A DNA stretch of 64,000 bases, taken from positions 32,001 through 96,000 of the forward strand of contig JASGHJ010000002.1 of the NCBI GenBank assembly GCA_047602405.1, read 5' to 3'. This DNA comes from Anaeromyxobacteraceae bacterium (lineage in GTDB: Bacteria > Myxococcota > Myxococcia > Myxococcales > Anaeromyxobacteraceae). Positions within the stretch are counted from its first letter, which is position 1, and each line of letters begins with the position of its first letter. The notes below the pieces were generated by a model, which saw only the letters and a program-made list of their open reading frames with translations, searched no databases and was not told where the DNA came from. Both the position numbers and the translations under genes were made by a program. Of the stretch, positions 60,379-64,000 are shown piece after piece.

Positions 60379-61782
60379 TCATTCCCGCGTGGTCACCTGC
60401 GCGGAGGGGTGGCCGCCCATCGTGCCGAGCGTCCCGTACCCCGCGACCGAGGTGCCGGTCATGCAGCTCGCGCCCATCATCCCGCCCGGCGTGCAGTCGG
60501 CGTAGGCCAGCCCGTCGAGCTGCGCGGCCGTGGGGGCGGCGGTCGGGTCGGCGAGGTTCACCCAGATCCGCGCGTAGGCGTTGCCCGGGTTCTCGCCCGG
60601 GAAGCCCGCATGGAGCGCCGAGCCGGAGCCGGGGCTGAAGCCGTCGGTGCCGCCGTACCTCGCGTCGGCGGTGAAGGTCGCGGTGGTGCCGAGGCGGAAC
60701 ACCGTCACGAGGAGCCCGCCGGCGCCGTCGACGGCCGCCGGCAGGCTCGAGAGCGCGTGCTCGAGCGGGAGCCACGTCATCGTGTCGTCGGGGTACGGCG
60801 TGTTCCCGCCGGTCATGGACTCGGCGAGCCGGCCGCGGAGGCCCGACACGGCGCCCGCCGTGGCGTCGAGCATGTAGCTGCCCGAGAAGATCGTGTCGTT
60901 GGGCTGGGTGTCCGGCTCGTGGAAGGTCGCGACCACGCGGTAGCGGGTGACGAGCGCCGCCGGCGCGGAGGCCGGGCCCGCGCCGTGGGCGTTCGACGCG
61001 CTCACGGCGAACCGGTATCCGGCGCAGGTCGAGGGGCAGGCGACGGCGATGGGCGACGTCGCCGCGGCCGCCGTGACGCCCGCCGGGATCGAGGTGACCG
61101 TGAAGCCGGTGACGGGGCTGCCCCCGGCGTGGACGAGGCCGGCCCGGACGAGCGCGGTGCCGGGCCCGTCCCCCGCGCTCGCGGCGACGCCCTCCGGCGC
61201 GCCGGGCGCCGCCGGCGCCCCCGGGGCCACGATCGTGACGGTGCGCGACGCCGCGAGCCCGCCCGCGGCCGCGGTCACGGTGCAGTCGCCCGGCGCGAGC
61301 GCGACCACCCGGCCCGAGGCCGCGTCGACCGCGCAGGTCGCCGGCGTCGCGGTGCCGTACGCGATGGGGGCGCCGCTCGAGGCGGTGGCGGCGGCGGTGG
61401 CCTGGTCGTGCTGGGCGAGCGGCGGCAGCGGGGCGAGCTCGAGCACGTCGTCGAAGACGAAGGTGACCGTCTGCGTGATCTCGGGCGCCGGGGCGTACCG
61501 CGTGTCGCCCGGCTGGTTCGCGGCGACGATGCAGGCGCCGCCGCGGAGCGCGCTCACGACGCCGGTCGCGGCGTCGACCGTGCAGGCGCCCGGGCTGCCG
61601 GAGGCGTAGCGGACCGGGAGCCCGGAGGTCGCGGCCGCGTGCACGCTGGCCTCCGCCTGGTTCACCGCGGGCGCGGGCGCCGCGGCGAAGGCGAGGGTCT
61701 GCGGGCGGGCCTCGACGACGGGGCCTTCGTCGCACGCGGCGAGCGCGGCGGCGAGGAGGATCAGGGCGGGGCGGGACCTCAT
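60379..61782 (-). CDS. Lipoprotein: Ig-like repeats, FN3 and the same Cys/Met-rich C-terminal domain
   Basis: ALAAC lipobox, two SG.P..Y..TP..C.V..G.C.V.A repeats, FN3, DCTPGGMMGASCMTGTS..GTM. Confidence 0.8.
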   Translation of the reverse strand: MRSRPALILLAAALAACDEGPVVEARPQTLAFAAAPAPAVNQAEASVHAAATSGLPVRYASGSPGACTVDAATGVVSALRGGACIVAANQPGDTRYAPAPEITQTVTFVFDDVLELAPLPPLAQHDQATAAATASSGAPIAYGTATPATCAVDAASGRVVALAPGDCTVTAAAGGLAASRTVTIVAPGAPAAPGAPEGVAASAGDGPGTALVRAGLVHAGGSPVTGFTVTSIPAGVTAAAATSPIAVACPSTCAGYRFAVSASNAHGAGPASAPAALVTRYRVVATFHEPDTQPNDTIFSGSYMLDATAGAVSGLRGRLAESMTGGNTPYPDDTMTWLPLEHALSSLPAAVDGAGGLLVTVFRLGTTATFTADARYGGTDGFSPGSGSALHAGFPGENPGNAYARIWVNLADPTAAPTAAQLDGLAYADCTPGGMMGASCMTGTSVAGYGTLGTMGGHPSAQVTTRE

Positions 61783-61785
61783 CGC

Positions 61786-64000
61786 TCAGTACCTCACCGT
61801 GAGGGCCGCGTTGACCGAGCGGCCGGGGCCGGGCACCGGCGTGCCCCAGGGCAGGCCGCCGGTGGACATCGAGGCGCCCTGGCCCGCGTAGGCGCCGCCG
61901 AGCGGGTTCGCGTGGAGCCGGTCGAGGGCGTTCTCGACGGAGAGGTCCACCCGGAGGTGCTCGAGGTCGGCGCTCGCGCGCAGGTTCACGACCGCGTACC
62001 CGCCGGTGCGGACCTCGTTGCGCACGCGCGAGACGCGGGTCTTGTCGCCCGCGGCGACGAGCTCGGCGGTGGTGGTGAAGGGCCCGGCGCGGTGGACGAC
62101 GGAGAGCGTGCCGCCGAGCGGCGCGATGCCGTACAGCCCGTCGCCCGTCGTGAGGTTCTCGCCGCGCACCCAGGAGAGGGTCCCGGCCGCCGAAAGGCGT
62201 CCGAGGCGGCCCGCCTCGGCGAGGACCACGTCCGCCGCGAGGTCGGCGCCCACGAGCCGGGCCTCGTGGTTCGCGTACTGCAGGAGCACGAACCCGGTGG
62301 TCGCCGCGACGTTCTCCGCGCTGCACTGCCCGAGGTCGCAGCGGCGCGCGTCGACGTAGCGGTGCACCCGGGTGACGTGCGCGGCGGCCTGCCCGTTCCA
62401 TCGCCCCCGCGCCGCGTCGTGCCAGCCCGCGGTCGCGCTCGCGGTGTAGGCCGTCTCCGGGGCGAGGTCGACGTCGCCCAGGTAGCCGTTGCCGTCGCCC
62501 ACGAAGTTGTTCATGAGCGCGGCCATCGCGTTCGTGGACCAGGCGTAGCGCTCGTACAGGTTCGGGGTGCGGGTCTTCCGCGCCAGCCCGGCCTCGTAGG
62601 TCTGCGCGGGCGAGGGCGTGAACCGGGCCGAGAGGGTGGCGTCGAGGTTGCGATCGGCGCGACGGCGCCGCGAGGCGTTGAAGCGGGCCGCGTCCTCGCC
62701 CCAGACCGCGGGGAGCCCGTTGTCGTAGCCCTGCACCGGACCCGCGGAGGTGCGCACCGCGTCCCCGCGCAGGCCCGCCTGCGTGGTCCAGGCCCGTGAC
62801 CAGCGCGCCTCCCACTCGGCGTAGAGGTCGAGCCGCTCGCGGACGCCGTAGTCGACGTTCCAGAAGGTGTTCGGCCCCATGGTGCCGCCCACCGGCGGCC
62901 AGGCGTCGTAAAGCGTGTGGCGCTGCCCCTCGACGCCGGTGCGGAGGAGGTGGTCCGCCGGGAGGATGAGGTTCGCCCTCACGACCGCGTTCCAGGTGCG
63001 GGCCCGGGTGTCCATGGGCATGCCGGTGCCGTAGGAGAAGCGGGCCGGGCCCATGTCCATCTCGTGCAGGGTGCGCTGGTAGCCGGCGCTCGCCTCGAGG
63101 TCGCCCCACTCGTGCGCGGCGGTGTATCGCGCGGTGAACGACCGGTTGTCGTTGTCGGTCATGTCCATGCGCTGGTTGGGGAAGCCCTCGAAGCCGACGG
63201 TCTGCTGGCTCGCCTCGAGCTGGAGGAGGTGGCCGGGCCGGCGGAGCGCGAGGCGCACCGCGCGCTTCAGCGTGCCGCGGTAGGCGGAGGAGGCGATCAC
63301 GTCGCCGGGGACGACCGGCCCGCCCTCGCGGCCGGGCGTGGCGGGCTTGAACGCGCCGCCGGCGCGCACGTCGCCGGACCAGGCGTCGGACACCCCGACG
63401 TCGAGGCTGAGCCAGCCGAGCGCCCCGGTCGCGCCGAGGTCGAACCCGTGCGCCGCGCCGTTCGAGCGGACCCAGCCGCCCGCGCGGCCGCGCGCGACCC
63501 AGGCGTCGGGCCCGTTCGCGAACAGCGGCGGGGCCGAGCGCACCTGGATCGAGCCGCCGAGGCTGTCGCCGCCGACGCTGACCGGGGTGATGCCCGAGTA
63601 GACGGTCACCGAGGCGACGCGCGACGGATTGGCGTAGGAGAGCGGCGAGTTCATGTGGTTCGGGCAGGCGGGGACGAGGTCCGCGCCGTCGACCTGCACG
63701 CGCACGCGATCGTCGGCGAGGCCGTGGATCGCCGGGAGGCTCGAGATGCCGCCGGCGCCGCCCAGGGTCACGCCGGGCACGCCGCGGAGCAGCTCGGCCG
63801 CGTCCACGGTGGCGGGCCGGCGCGCCTCGAGCTCGCGCGCGCCGCGGCCGGCGGCGCCGAACGTGGAGCCGGTCGCGCCGGTGACGGCGGGCGGCAGGAC
63901 GATCTCGAGCTCGTCGAGGACCACGGGGTCCTGGGGCCCGGGCGGCGCCGCCTGCGCCGGCCGTGGCGCCGCCTGCGCCGGCTGTGTTCCCGCCTGCGCC
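61786..64000 (-). CDS. TonB-dependent receptor, OprC/NosA-like (copper); 5' end lies outside the window
   Basis: Plug LLRGVPGV..P.IHGL.DDRV.V.VDG..ACPNHMN (CxxxM), GITPVSVGGDSLGG, Met-rich loops, LAPE, VENALD, C-terminus PGPGRSVNAALTVRY; frame open to the window edge. Confidence 0.88.
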   Translation of the reverse strand, partial: AQAGTQPAQAAPRPAQAAPPGPQDPVVLDELEIVLPPAVTGATGSTFGAAGRGARELEARRPATVDAAELLRGVPGVTLGGAGGISSLPAIHGLADDRVRVQVDGADLVPACPNHMNSPLSYANPSRVASVTVYSGITPVSVGGDSLGGSIQVRSAPPLFANGPDAWVARGRAGGWVRSNGAAHGFDLGATGALGWLSLDVGVSDAWSGDVRAGGAFKPATPGREGGPVVPGDVIASSAYRGTLKRAVRLALRRPGHLLQLEASQQTVGFEGFPNQRMDMTDNDNRSFTARYTAAHEWGDLEASAGYQRTLHEMDMGPARFSYGTGMPMDTRARTWNAVVRANLILPADHLLRTGVEGQRHTLYDAWPPVGGTMGPNTFWNVDYGVRERLDLYAEWEARWSRAWTTQAGLRGDAVRTSAGPVQGYDNGLPAVWGEDAARFNASRRRRADRNLDATLSARFTPSPAQTYEAGLARKTRTPNLYERYAWSTNAMAALMNNFVGDGNGYLGDVDLAPETAYTASATAGWHDAARGRWNGQAAAHVTRVHRYVDARRCDLGQCSAENVAATTGFVLLQYANHEARLVGADLAADVVLAEAGRLGRLSAAGTLSWVRGENLTTGDGLYGIAPLGGTLSVVHRAGPFTTTAELVAAGDKTRVSRVRNEVRTGGYAVVNLRASADLEHLRVDLSVENALDRLHANPLGGAYAGQGASMSTGGLPWGTPVPGPGRSVNAALTVRY

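Noticed and set aside
63940..64000. Three imperfect 21-bp repeats at the window end
   Set aside because: They encode an ordinary low-complexity AQA..P linker at the N-terminus of the TonB receptor

Overview
Very GC-rich chromosomal window from a Myxococcota (Anaeromyxobacter-like) bacterium, judged from gene content (bactofilin-padC cluster, MXAN_2561/2562-type pair, Ser/Thr kinase). Bases 1-35,000 are mostly core genome: the 3' end of a phosphoribulokinase gene, rpoZ, a Gld-type ABC operon, lysC, a DnaD-like/DnaC-like pair, uppS-cdsA-dxr-rseP-tsaB, an asd paralogue, a lysophospholipase-bactofilin-bactofilin-padC-pyrE cluster, nadB, pgsA, a GT9 gene and tRNA-Gly(GCC). This half carries at least 8 copies of one REP-like palindrome; three have tandem duplications at the same end and one lies in-frame inside padC. 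After tRNA-Gly comes an accessory-looking region: six histidine kinases (five with a near-identical HisKA box), XRE and LuxR regulators, a zinc-ribbon-hemerythrin fusion, asnS, a stand-alone LigD polymerase gene followed by dinB, and at the far end an OprC-like (CxxxM) TonB receptor followed by two lipoproteins sharing an uncharacterised Cys/Met-rich domain (candidate copper-capture system). Seven apparent frameshifts fall exactly on GATC sites read as GANTC, which points to methylation-linked sequencing errors rather than pseudogenes. All calls come from motif recognition by eye; no database searches were run.
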